Position numbers and translations under genes: made by a program
NCBI GenBank assembly: GCA_027858275.1
Contig: JAQIDA010000101.1
Location: 1-35,304, forward strand
Source: Candidatus Kapaibacterium sp.
Lineage (GTDB): Bacteria; Bacteroidota; Ignavibacteria; Kapaibacteriales; UBA2268
Direction: 5' to 3'
DNA: 35,304 nt
Shown here: positions 21,301 through 30,041 of the stretch, piece after piece
How positions within the stretch are numbered: the first letter of the stretch is position 1
Layout: every line of letters starts with the position of its first letter
The notes under the pieces: generated by a model
Told to the model about the DNA's origin: nothing
Databases searched by the model: none
What the model saw: only the letters and a program-made list of their open reading frames with translations

Positions 21301-24300
21301 AAGACAATGACAATATTGGGTGATTTAACTATAGAATCTGACGGTTTCATGGATCAGGCCGGCAACGGCGGTCGAATTGATACTCTGTATTTACACGGCA
21401 ATCTTACAAATAATAATATAGGAACAGATGCCGTTGATTTGCGCCAAGGTGATTTGAGTTATACCATTTTGGAATTTGTAGGTGAATCAAGTTCTACAAT
21501 TTCCGGGCCGGGGAAATATAGGCTTTCAGGTGTTCATATCGATAAAGAAGCTATTACGGATATAGTCTATAATGAAGCAAGTGAATTCTCTGTTGCTTTG
21601 ACTGAAGCTGTCGGCGGTGATGATGATTTGGACAGACCTTTCAAATTGTTGACGGGTGTATATTGTCATAACAATGACGGCAGAGCCTTACTTGAAAGAG
21701 ATGAATTACCTTTAGCCGGTTTTGTTATGGGAGTCAATTCCGGAATTGATATTCGAAAGGGTGAATGTGCCTTTCTTGATGAATTTGAAACTAATACAAA
21801 CACTTTAGTTAGTATCAGCGGCGGTAAACTTGTTGTAGGAAATGGCCAAAATGAAGATTTCTTGTACGGATCCGGCACTAAGTATACTCAAAGCGGAGGT
21901 GAAGTTAACGTTTATGCGGCCTTCTCGGTCGTCAACACAACTTCTTCGATTAATTTTGATATGTCGGGCGGTTTTCTCACTGTGGTTATCGGAGATCATA
22001 GTAATGATGATGAAGGTCATATTGGATTTGATATACGAAGTCCGAGTTCGACCTATACTCAAAGCAGCGGTACAATAACGCTTGTAAGTTATTCTTCAAA
22101 TAAAGATTATGAAGTAAAAGCCTCAACAGTAAATGTAACCGGCGGAACTTTACAGATTGGTAAAGACGGTTTTTATCTTGGAGGTACAGGTGCTTCAATA
22201 GGTATTGGCAATGACAAACCGACTATATGGGATTTAAATATACGTTTTACTATGATGGGCGGTACTACTTATCGATCAATGATTATAACATCTCCTGTAT
22301 TGTATGTTCTGAATAATGTTGATATTCATCATTACGGATGTTTGGATCTTAATACTCTTTCTCTGTCTGTAGGCGGCAATTTTATAAACCGTGGCATGTT
22401 TACTTCAGACGGGTTGGGTTGGAACTCCGGCATAGGAGCAAAAGAAATAATTTTCAAGGGTGACAAAGATGTGATCGTCGCGACACAAGATTTTGTCAAC
22501 GACAACCCGGACGGAGCGACATTTGTTAACGAAGCATTCTACGATATTACCGTAGATAAGACCGGTGGTTCGATATCTCTCGGTGATTTTCCGTATTCTG
22601 ATATGATTGTCAGAAATAATTTAACATTCGCGGATAATAATGTTGCTAATATTATTTCCCGAACCAATGACAGATACGTTCATGTGGATCCTCAGGCAGC
22701 CGGTGATGCAGCGGCTGTCCAAAGAGTAGGTCTTGGATTTGTAGACGGCAGACTTAGAAAAGAAATTCCGTCAGATGACAGTTATACAAAATTTGAAATT
22801 GGAGCAGGAGCGGTTTACAGACCTGCGATATTGGAAATCCTTGGTACAGGAGGCAGCAATGCGCAGGAAGATGTGGACTTTATGGTTACGGACAGCAATC
22901 CGGCCAATATCCTCGAAAACCAAATAAATTTGGATTTGGACTTGAACATTCAATGTTATTGGACATTCTCTAATCCTGATGTTTTTGACCTTGACGGCAG
23001 GACATTTCATTTAACTCTTCAGTTTGACCCGAAGGATATTCCATCGGGTGGAAGTTGGGCTACATTAAATCAGTATTATGCCTCGTCAGTACCTTATTCG
23101 ACAACACAGATTGGTTTGCGAACCGACACTAGCACGCAATCACTCAGCAATTCTTTGTTGGGGGATTATATCTTGGGTGAAACTATCGGCTTTAATTATT
23201 TCTCAATTGCCGACGGCGACTGGAACGATGAAAACACATGGTCGAAAGAAAGTTACGGAGGACTTCCTGCGCCCGAATATCCTGACGGAGAAAATGATCG
23301 TGTTTATATTGGTGACGGAAAAGAAGTCATATTAAATAAAATTGTAAATACCAGAGGAGTTATTGTCCAGTCTTCAGGCGGGGGTGGTCAGCCGGGTGCT
23401 TTGTACGGCAAAGTTGACTCTTGGCTGCGCGGATTATCATTTATCCTTGAAGACGGAACAACTCTGTCTACTGAGCATTCGAACGGAATTACCGAGGCAG
23501 GTTCAGAAACCGGTTCAATTCGTACTGTTGCCCGTGATTACCGCTACTCACATTATAAATATACCGGCAAGGGGCAGAATCAATCAACAGGTCAGGGACT
23601 GCCGGACAGAATTATGTCACTGACGGTTGATAATACAGGTGTTGACGGCCAGAACACAGTAACTTTGACAAAGGAAATAGATTTTGTCGAAGATCTAAGC
23701 ATACTCAACGGTGTCTTTGATACAGGGTCTAAAGAGATTAAAATCGGCGGAAATTTCCTGATGGAAAACAGAGACACAAACAGAACAGAGTTTGAGGCAA
23801 GAACCGGAAAAGTAGTTTTCGAAGGTGATCAGGAGCAAATTGTTACAGTCAATGATCCGGGTGATTTAGAGTTTGAGCGTTTGATGTTGAATAAAACCGG
23901 CGGTGCTTTCCGTATGGCAGGAAATGACGCTGATGCAGACATACTTGTCAGAAGTTTGTTGAGATATGAGGCGGGTAATATAATAAATGTCGACGTCAGA
24001 ACGAATGACAGAAAACTAATCATTGAAAATGAAAATGGTGCTGAAATAGTGAATACCGGACTCGGCTATATTAACGGAAAACTGCAGTTGACAATACCCC
24101 CTGGTGAGTCCTCAACCACTTATTCAATTGGTTATTGGGACAATTATATGCCAATGACAATGACTATGGTAGGGACAGGCGGCATCCAAGGTCCTGTTAC
24201 AGCTGTGGTAGATTCCCTTGATGGTGATGATGAAGCGATTGTCAACAAGAAAATTGATCTGTATAGGAGTGTCCGGAGATTTTGGCAGGTTGAAGGTTTA

Positions 24301-27009
24301 GATGCATTTGCTCTTGCCGACAGAACAGTAATAACAAAGTTTGAATTCTCGACCGATTTCTTAGACTACTTTGACTATATCAGCGCGGTTATGCGCCGAA
24401 GAAGTATTCCCGATGAAGATCCGATTTGGTCAGGTATAAGAGGAGACCAATTGCTTTGGGACGTAGATTTAGTTTTAGAAGTAGCGTCTGTGACAATTAA
24501 AGACGTGTACCCGTCTAAGTATTGGCCCGGTTTAGGTAAGATATATGTGGGCGAAATGGCCACCAGAAAATTTTATAGTATTGACGGAGGCGGATTGTGG
24601 AACGATCCTGCGTCCTGGTCATTTGAAGGACACGACGGCGCCCCTACTGCGGGAGAATTCCCGAATAAGGACTGGCAGGCAGAGATTGATATTGATATGA
24701 GAGACATTGTTTGGATTGGTGACAATGATGAAATTATTTTAAATACATTGCCTGAGATTTCTGCACTTGAGATTCGCGCAACCGGATCACTCGTTATTCC
24801 CAATGACAGTGAATACGGTTCGGCAAGGGTCATTATACCGAGTTCTTTCGGATCTTCAAGGTTTGAAATGTTAGAAGACGGTTTGTTGGTTATCAAATCA
24901 GAATCAAGTTTAGAAAGCGGCGATGCCGGAATTATCCGATTCGCAGATGATGTGAGAACATATTCTCCTTTGGCTGATTTCGAATTCTCAGGTTCTTATG
25001 ATCATTATATTGGCGGAGCATTTCCTTCTGAAATAGGAGATTTGACGGTTAATACTGATATCAGTTCCAGATTAGTTTCTTTGAATTCAGGTAACTTTAT
25101 TATAAACAGAGATTTTAATATCCTGTCCGGTGATGTGCGACCTATGGATGCAACGACAAATGTGCGTTTGGGCGGAAGCATGATAATTGACGGAACTTAC
25201 AACGGTACTGTCAATCCGTCCGGTTCTTCAATATTATCAACGTTTACGTTCCAAGGCGGCGGAGATACGAATCAGGTTATCACAGGAACAGGTATTCCTA
25301 TGTTTGCCGATGTTACAATGAACAGGGGATCAGGGTCAGGTGCCGTTGATTTGGAAACAAGTATGACCATCACTCATGTTATGGATCTTCAAGAGGGCTC
25401 AAACACTAATCCGCAAATATTTTCTGTCGGCGACAATCAGCAGTTATGGATTACTAATCATGATGTGAATGCAATAATCGGTTACGGAGATACTACAGAT
25501 GTTCGTATGGTCAGAACTGCTGTCAGCACCGGCTCAAATTCTACTGTGGGTCTTTTGATGCGTGCAGTTACCCAGCCGCAGTCAGAGTCTTATATATTCC
25601 CGGTAGGCTCGTATGCTACTGAAGCAGGAGTGAATACTTATTCTCCTGCAGTATTTACTCCTGAAAATTCGGGAAGTGCAGGTTATATCGGTGTCAGGGC
25701 TTCTCGAGGAACCGGAATAAATTATAATCATGCAAGACTTTCAACAGTATCCCCAAATTATCTTCAGAGATATTGGACTCTTGATGCAATAACTGCTACG
25801 ATTCCGGGGCAGTGGAGATTCAATTATACTGACGGTGATGTTTTTGGAAATGAAACGGATATCGGAGTAATTTCAAAATACAATCCAGTCTATGAAGCAG
25901 CAAGCGGAACCTGGACTACAATCAACGGAACAATCAACCGATCGGCAAATTATTTCGAAACACCGGCGAGTTACCAACCCTCTGATTTCACGGGTGATTA
26001 TACTATGTCAAATGCTCGAAACTTCGGAGTTTTCTTCTATAGTCGCCAAAGCGGACCGTGGGATGAACCGAATACTTGGACTTTTTCACCTACACATTCG
26101 GGTGTGGCGGCTGACACTTATCCTCAAATAGGCAGTGATAATGTTGTTGTCGGAGGCGGTCTCTATGATTTGAACCAGCCCGATCATATTGTCTCGGTTA
26201 CAGAAGATATAAATACAATCGGTGATATCATTGTCGGTACTGACTTAAATAACACAGGTACTTTGAACTGCGGTCCTTATATCATCGAAGGTAGTTCATT
26301 TGAAATCAGAGATCATTCTACATTGCAAATAGGGTCTCCTGTCGGTATTTATGAAGTTGCCACTGTTGGAAATATTCAGACAACGTCAAGGCTTTTTGAT
26401 ACTGAAGCAATTTATGAGTTTAAGGGTGCAGACACTTCCGACCAAACTATGGGAGACGGCATGCCTTCTACTGTATTTGGGTTCATTGCAAATCATCAGG
26501 ACGCAACTCATAGTTTCTCGCTGGTTCTTGACAGAGATGTAAATGTTACTAAATTTGCAGATCTTATTGGAGGCAGAACTGATGCAGGTGATCACTATCA
26601 ATTCACTAATACCGCAACTGTTCCTGCTGATGGTCAATTTATTATTCGCGATGGTGCAGTATTGGCAATTGGCGGAACCAGAATATTTGACGGATTAAGC
26701 GCAAACAGCGTAACACAGGACTTTGTCCAAACAGCTGTTGGATATTTACTTGAAGTTGACAGTAATGTTGAGTATTACGGTAATCACACAATTACACCTG
26801 CACCAAATGACGGAGTAGGATACGGAAACGTTCTTCTTACCGGAAGTTCGGCTTGTATAATTAATCAGACGGTATTGTGTCGCGGTAACTTTTCTATACT
26901 GGACAACTCCTCGATTAATATTAATAACAGTTACAATCTTAAAGTGTTGAAAAATGTTGTTAATGAATCAGAAATTGAAAATAACGGTCTTATTGAGATT
27001 GGTGAATAA
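15376..27009 (+). CDS. Giant (3877 aa) secreted repetitive surface protein with seven beta-helix/beta-sandwich/G8-like units
   Basis: Signal ends VSA|Q; starts after a 3-nt gap from the previous stop; seven [YF]S..G.W.....W[ST] motifs, each preceded by a G..[DN]G.L.R / [PE]IG..Y.P / [RK]YW-type module; ends NNGLIEIGE; no CTD. Confidence 0.85.
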   Translation: MKRIVLYITLSLFASFLIKSEVSAQTTVTMKSGSGLYISPGATFHVNGGLVNEGTITGNTGRLNVSGTYTNEGTHNASSSTISIGGDFVDNATFNVGTCTLIMNGPSSQTITGSATNSFYELSINKTGGILYTDKELTITKYLRLLSSHKFDINANDLIIAETGEIYSDNADGQYFHSDKYIVSSQSSSTATSGYLIRQIPQGTPPSPDGVAYVLPIGNVNGFGSAIIRFLPDKVTFSANADLRILPVPEEHPNLIVSDRSLLKYWRLEHNNITIADSGTHLKFYYDLSNSEVGGGSEGNYIPLFWANPGWITQTGVGSSLNSTTNEILSEFSPLIAGTIEGDWTAGEIEAAVAVYYSLGGPWSVNTSWSNGGYGQAPAAFAPSSSSDIVRIGEGETITINSTTAIVGTVTVQVNGRLDCVGEADLSALEFTLEEGGTLGIGSALGITDINGADKAEGNIQSTEVRDFSSGAEYRYTGTLDQITGLGLPLTVSRLVCDKTSGNLLLARNTQISSSFHIEDGVFNDNNNKLDGQTASRTFTMNGGTFIAHGRFPLNYEPPTFNAGTISFQGTGDLNIPSSESASETLAGVDQYFNLDVAGNRGYITSVIFMPQGEVRIGGALTLADLGWTSTFQGVDHVLTVNSTIHFNGSGDQSIPRYTDDFPNGDDYQIKYYNLKSSGTGTKSLIEADCDVFNDVIIEGATLHANSFNMKVLGDWTNTSGTFTHDNQLVTLYTPSEGIENTITAGDSPFWNLDIGNAADEATGDYRLLDDMTIENGFHILNAKAELLMNSSTFTVKGTWLNEGTFTPGTGTVLFNGLAANQQITKTGTETFYNLKIDNSGNVLVPVGCDVDVANDLEFVAGNLDVRTNDRIVSVYNNTTRTGTGHVDGHLRFNVPEGAVGTKDLHIGNGTDYSPVAVEFTGTDGTAGYLDVITNDPQTIGIPTDFNVAKYINRQWEMSVPTNSDFVLGTRTYNAILTYLDADKVGGANPLLLETQIYDGAWNATQVGTRTETPNTCQSVGNTVIGTLFLGEPNIFNLYSISDGGNWSNFESWSSEGYGKSSVPSTFPIDGNSRYYIGDDKTVNLGSNFTINAGREIVVQVDGSLDCSTNTIDGSGTFTLQSGSSLLIGSPDGIAASGATGNIHTSTRLFNGVGNHNSGNFVYNGASDQFTGDGIPDTISTIEINAPGYTVEMSKDISVADTLNIIDGTLDVSTSNYSIDISGDWENTGTFTERLGAVTFNGSEDQLLRNITGYGETFYDLVVNKSNGVLELDQNSDILISNQLSLTTGYIDARSNEESVTVLDGATVSRTSGHVDGEMKKHVPAGATSSDIVYEIGEGLSYTPANLGFVGTGGTAGYVRVSSEPDKHDDFSEDNNLDPARVVERHWDLSADGDFDLGQDRSINATVTFLNPDDINGGADPEKFVMRYWAETVWNSAETGSWTDTTTQGTSISSLCDIMVGPTGPLLTVYYSSTSGYWDDPNTWSTVKYGGVPDGSTPRNNDIVFIGDGDQVNLGESRSIRSVTVERSPGGTGSLFLSDSVLSGAQFVLKTGGVLGIGSAAGITTGTTGNIQTKIRNFNPWTHNSGNYIYNGTGDQVTGNALPAEFATLEVDNNNGTVTLQSSIGLSSDLTLTDGILKPSSSAVDVNLAGDWINNASVSAYDATSNKVTFDGESSSTISGTYATTFYNVDLDKSTYNLSLETHATVANEFTFISDGLLVLNSSDLTIGTAGSIGGSSLGSSRMVQSDGTDTGGRIIKLYSGSGLNAFTIPIGVGSDYNPAELNVAATFDAGAYAALRLVSAVHPDAISTEMLSKYWNVSSEGISNNLDSANLKYYYLSSDVNGTVANYMAARYANDAWETNLGTSRDATTSPITVLGYTEALDGDWTAGEATAIYKGRIFYSRATGNWGDATSWSNVSHLGSPSAYTPGTFESDTVFIDAGHVIDYNLTSVTVGAVTIGGAETDDGDLEFIPDLNKTMTILGDLTIESDGFMDQAGNGGRIDTLYLHGNLTNNNIGTDAVDLRQGDLSYTILEFVGESSSTISGPGKYRLSGVHIDKEAITDIVYNEASEFSVALTEAVGGDDDLDRPFKLLTGVYCHNNDGRALLERDELPLAGFVMGVNSGIDIRKGECAFLDEFETNTNTLVSISGGKLVVGNGQNEDFLYGSGTKYTQSGGEVNVYAAFSVVNTTSSINFDMSGGFLTVVIGDHSNDDEGHIGFDIRSPSSTYTQSSGTITLVSYSSNKDYEVKASTVNVTGGTLQIGKDGFYLGGTGASIGIGNDKPTIWDLNIRFTMMGGTTYRSMIITSPVLYVLNNVDIHHYGCLDLNTLSLSVGGNFINRGMFTSDGLGWNSGIGAKEIIFKGDKDVIVATQDFVNDNPDGATFVNEAFYDITVDKTGGSISLGDFPYSDMIVRNNLTFADNNVANIISRTNDRYVHVDPQAAGDAAAVQRVGLGFVDGRLRKEIPSDDSYTKFEIGAGAVYRPAILEILGTGGSNAQEDVDFMVTDSNPANILENQINLDLDLNIQCYWTFSNPDVFDLDGRTFHLTLQFDPKDIPSGGSWATLNQYYASSVPYSTTQIGLRTDTSTQSLSNSLLGDYILGETIGFNYFSIADGDWNDENTWSKESYGGLPAPEYPDGENDRVYIGDGKEVILNKIVNTRGVIVQSSGGGGQPGALYGKVDSWLRGLSFILEDGTTLSTEHSNGITEAGSETGSIRTVARDYRYSHYKYTGKGQNQSTGQGLPDRIMSLTVDNTGVDGQNTVTLTKEIDFVEDLSILNGVFDTGSKEIKIGGNFLMENRDTNRTEFEARTGKVVFEGDQEQIVTVNDPGDLEFERLMLNKTGGAFRMAGNDADADILVRSLLRYEAGNIINVDVRTNDRKLIIENENGAEIVNTGLGYINGKLQLTIPPGESSTTYSIGYWDNYMPMTMTMVGTGGIQGPVTAVVDSLDGDDEAIVNKKIDLYRSVRRFWQVEGLDAFALADRTVITKFEFSTDFLDYFDYISAVMRRRSIPDEDPIWSGIRGDQLLWDVDLVLEVASVTIKDVYPSKYWPGLGKIYVGEMATRKFYSIDGGGLWNDPASWSFEGHDGAPTAGEFPNKDWQAEIDIDMRDIVWIGDNDEIILNTLPEISALEIRATGSLVIPNDSEYGSARVIIPSSFGSSRFEMLEDGLLVIKSESSLESGDAGIIRFADDVRTYSPLADFEFSGSYDHYIGGAFPSEIGDLTVNTDISSRLVSLNSGNFIINRDFNILSGDVRPMDATTNVRLGGSMIIDGTYNGTVNPSGSSILSTFTFQGGGDTNQVITGTGIPMFADVTMNRGSGSGAVDLETSMTITHVMDLQEGSNTNPQIFSVGDNQQLWITNHDVNAIIGYGDTTDVRMVRTAVSTGSNSTVGLLMRAVTQPQSESYIFPVGSYATEAGVNTYSPAVFTPENSGSAGYIGVRASRGTGINYNHARLSTVSPNYLQRYWTLDAITATIPGQWRFNYTDGDVFGNETDIGVISKYNPVYEAASGTWTTINGTINRSANYFETPASYQPSDFTGDYTMSNARNFGVFFYSRQSGPWDEPNTWTFSPTHSGVAADTYPQIGSDNVVVGGGLYDLNQPDHIVSVTEDINTIGDIIVGTDLNNTGTLNCGPYIIEGSSFEIRDHSTLQIGSPVGIYEVATVGNIQTTSRLFDTEAIYEFKGADTSDQTMGDGMPSTVFGFIANHQDATHSFSLVLDRDVNVTKFADLIGGRTDAGDHYQFTNTATVPADGQFIIRDGAVLAIGGTRIFDGLSANSVTQDFVQTAVGYLLEVDSNVEYYGNHTITPAPNDGVGYGNVLLTGSSACIINQTVLCRGNFSILDNSSININNSYNLKVLKNVVNESEIENNGLIEIGE

Positions 27010-27048
27010 AACCCAAAGTTGAATATGGCAGTTTTATTAATCCGATGA

Positions 27049-27576
27049 TTATTTATTATCATCGGATTTTTTTTGTTCTTTTCCGTCTTCTTGTTCTGCA
27101 GGTTTTTCTTCCGGGAATAATTGAAAATGACTCATAACAAACAGCCATTTGTCGTCAATCTTGTTGGCGACCATCGTATGTCGTCCTTCTCCGGTAATTT
27201 TTTCTTCTTTATAAGTCATATAGGATTTTATGTCAGTACTGACCCATGCGACATTGCCGGAATATTTAATTCTCAAGTTGGTATATTCATAATCATCCAT
27301 CTTCCAATCGAGATTGTCAAATTCCTCTTTAAAAATCTTTTTAATAGCGGCACGGCCTATGTAGGAATCGTTTTTTGCTCCGGCGAATACAGCAGCGTCT
27401 TTTGCGTAATCTTTCATTAGGGCATCGATATTCTTGCTGAGATATGCTTCACCGTTACGGTCTAACAGCTGTTGTATGCTTGCTTCTACAGATTCAGGGG
27501 CTTCTTTTTTTTCGAGGCATGATGTTAGAGAAAAAATAGTTAAAGCAAGTAAGATTAAGATAGTTTTCGAAATCAT
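27049..27576 (-). CDS. NTF2/SnoaL-like (DUF4440-type) domain lipoprotein
   Basis: Lipobox LTSC; AY..KNIDALM..YA.DA..F..IGR.AI, G.VAW, GR.T.V..K.D.KW..V..H. Confidence 0.85.
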   Translation of the reverse strand: MISKTILILLALTIFSLTSCLEKKEAPESVEASIQQLLDRNGEAYLSKNIDALMKDYAKDAAVFAGAKNDSYIGRAAIKKIFKEEFDNLDWKMDDYEYTNLRIKYSGNVAWVSTDIKSYMTYKEEKITGEGRHTMVANKIDDKWLFVMSHFQLFPEEKPAEQEDGKEQKKSDDNK

Positions 27577-27657
27577 AGTGAGACTCCCTGCAATATGGAG
27601 AAAACAAAATTTCTATAAAATAGGAAGTTTTGATTGTTTTGCAAGAGAAAATGGAAA

Positions 27658-28536
27658 TTATTTATTTGTCTGAAGCGCAGACTTGCTTTGTTCGCTCCGT
27701 CCGAAATACCAAGCCGCCACTGAAACTGAAATAATAATCGCACCTCCTGTTAAACTCCATACATCGGAGATTTCAGACCAGAACATATACCCGACAATCG
27801 CCGAGAAAATAATATGCGCGTAGTTATAGATTGCTAATTCCGATGCCGGAGCGAAACGGTAGGCATAAGTCAAAGCGAATTGTCCGCCGGCAGCGAAAAC
27901 CCCGGTTCCGATCAAATACATTAATTCTTCATAAGTAGGCATAACGAAAACTATGCTTGTAGGTATCAGCATCCCGACTACCGATATTAATGAGAAGAGA
28001 AAAACAATGGTTGCAGGCTTTTCACGAGGGCCCAGATAACGTATTACCGTGTAGGCTGATCCTGCAGCAAGTGCCGATCCTAAGCCTGCCAGTGCCGGCA
28101 TAATGCTCAAATCAAACTGCGGTTTGATAATCAACAAAGAGGCTAAGAATACTATAACAAGAAGCGGAATTTGAAACTTTTGGATTTTTTCCTTAAGGAA
28201 GAATTTTGCGAGAATAGTGACCACAAATGGCGAAAGTTTGTTTAGCATCGATGAATCGGCAAGATACATATTGTCGATTGCGTAGAAGTACAGAACAACG
28301 CCGCTGAGTCCGAAAAATGAGCGAAGCAGCAGGAATCCTCGATTTTCTTTTTTCCCAAAAAGAGGAACTTTGGTTTTATAAACGACGATTACGGCAATGA
28401 TCAGGCTTATTAAGTTTCTGAACAATACCTTTTCATATATAGGGATATCACCCGCGAACTTAACCATTGCTCCCATAAAAGCGAATGAAAGCGACGAGAT
28501 TAATATGAAATTTATGCCTTTTGAAATATCTGTCAT
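27658..28536 (-). CDS. DMT/EamA family transporter (~10 TM)
   Basis: Two EamA halves (SP.VV.IL..FFLKEKI; Y..IIFS.IVGYMFW.E). ATG at 28536 preferred over the track's TTG at 28566. Confidence 0.92.
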   Translation of the reverse strand: MTDISKGINFILISSLSFAFMGAMVKFAGDIPIYEKVLFRNLISLIIAVIVVYKTKVPLFGKKENRGFLLLRSFFGLSGVVLYFYAIDNMYLADSSMLNKLSPFVVTILAKFFLKEKIQKFQIPLLVIVFLASLLIIKPQFDLSIMPALAGLGSALAAGSAYTVIRYLGPREKPATIVFLFSLISVVGMLIPTSIVFVMPTYEELMYLIGTGVFAAGGQFALTYAYRFAPASELAIYNYAHIIFSAIVGYMFWSEISDVWSLTGGAIIISVSVAAWYFGRSEQSKSALQTNK

Positions 28537-29327
28537 TTTGTCGGAGACTGTCGAAATTAAACTCAATTATGAACTTGATTACGGATGTCAACTTGTGATA
28601 TTGCAGTGCGAAAATGTTGTTAGGAGAAGCGGTAGCAGAAATAAACAAAAAAATCCGAAATCTTGAACTAACGGGTAGTATTTGGTTAGAATGTTGTTCA
28701 AAATTCCGGATATATAATTTATCGCGAATTAGCCTGACGAAAAAATCAAGTTCGGAAAATCAATTGGTGTGGGTAGTGACTATGCGAGTTGTTGCAGTAT
28801 TAACTTCCCGAACTATAAATATGATTAAGGGACTGTGTCTGTGTCGTTCTTGTCTGTCCGTGTCTTCTGTTATATCCCTTGACCTTACTTATTGTTAAAA
28901 AACAAACGGGACTTAGCAGCGAGGTTAAGGTCTGACTATGAATGTATGTGTTTTGCTGCGGAAATCCCGTTTTCTTTTCTAAGTTGTGTTTTAAAATTTA
29001 TCAGTCGAGTAAAAAGGGGATTATAATCAAGTGTCCGGCTACAATTATGTTTTCTTACCCTTTGAACTCGACGAATAAATTTAATTTATCTCAACTTAAT
29101 ATCTTTATTCGCGTTGATGTTTGTCTTGTTTTCAAAAGAACTTTATTAGTTGCTCAAGACATTGTTCGTTAGATTCTAATGCCCTTTTTCAACTATACAA
29201 ATTAACGAATAAAAAAAGTTAGTTTTTATAACGGTTAGTATGATAATTCTGTAGAATTGCCGGAGGAATATTTGTAGAGCCCGGGAACAGTATCGCTGTA
29301 GTAGTTAGCACTACATACAGTGATTAT

Positions 29328-29354
29328 GGGAATCAACTTTAGTGGTTGATTCCC
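29328..29354 (-). terminator. Hairpin downstream of the response regulator; candidate terminator
   Basis: Perfect 10-bp stem gggaatcaac-tttagtg-gttgattccc about 50 nt past the stop; no clear U-tract; a second hairpin lies at about 29292-29324. Confidence 0.5.
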
Positions 29355-29403
29355 TTCACGTTGATACGAGATGCTTTATTCTGAGTCAAATATGTTTTCT
29401 GAT

Positions 29404-30036
29404 TTAATCGACCAATCGATTCTTGAGAGCGTAGTGCGTGATTTCGGAATTGTTTTTCATGCTCATTTTTTCGAGGATACGAATTCTGTACGTACTGATA
29501 GTATTGATGCTGAGAGAAAGTTCGTTAGCTATATCCGTCGCTGTTTTGCCGGAGGCAATCAAGCACATAACTTGGAATTCTCGATCAGACAGAGTGTCGT
29601 GCAAAGCCTTGTCGCCGCCGGCTTCTAAGTTAGAGGCTAAAAGCTCAGCTAAGAAAGCCGATATATACTTTCTGCCTTGTGAAACTTTTCTGATAGCTTC
29701 GATCAACACATCAGCTTCGGTTTCTTTGTTGACATACCCGGCCGCTCCTGCTTTGAGGACACGCAATGCGTATTGTTCTTCGGGATAAATAGTAAAGATA
29801 AGAACCGGCAAATCCGGGCAGATAGTTTTGATTTCTTTTAAAGTGTCCAGACCGTCTTTGCCGGGCATAGAAATATCAAGAATAACTACATCATATTTCT
29901 TGACTTTGATTTGATCAATAAGTTCGAAACCGTTGCTTGCTTCACCTGTGACTACGAGGTCCAAGGTCTCGTCAAAAATTTGTTTTAAGCCTTTTCTTAC
30001 GACTGCGTGATCGTCTGCTATAATAATTTTTATCAT
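29404..30036 (-). CDS. NarL/FixJ family response regulator (REC + LuxR HTH)
   Basis: IADDHAVVRKG, ILDISMPG (phospho-Asp), GAAGYVNK, LSDREFQV..IA.ELSLS..TISTYR.RI..K. Confidence 0.97.
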   Translation of the reverse strand: MIKIIIADDHAVVRKGLKQIFDETLDLVVTGEASNGFELIDQIKVKKYDVVILDISMPGKDGLDTLKEIKTICPDLPVLIFTIYPEEQYALRVLKAGAAGYVNKETEADVLIEAIRKVSQGRKYISAFLAELLASNLEAGGDKALHDTLSDREFQVMCLIASGKTATDIANELSLSINTISTYRIRILEKMSMKNNSEITHYALKNRLVD

Positions 30037-30041
30037 TTTAT

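Noticed and set aside
1185-26637. Many short antisense or alternative-frame ORFs inside the long + strand genes
   Set aside because: They lie within or almost wholly overlap well-supported genes and have no family motifs; shadow ORFs.
12541-27009. Prophage, tailocin or contractile injection system
   Set aside because: No sheath, tube, baseplate, capsid or integrase genes; the fibre-like protein has a Sec signal peptide.
15376-27009. Autotransporter, TpsA/CdiA or RTX adhesin
   Set aside because: No C-terminal beta-barrel ending in an aromatic residue, no recognisable TPS domain or TpsB partner, no GGxGxD nonapeptide arrays or T1SS genes.
28614-29172. 94-aa and 76-aa + strand ORFs
   Set aside because: Atypical composition, no convincing RBS and no recognisable motifs.
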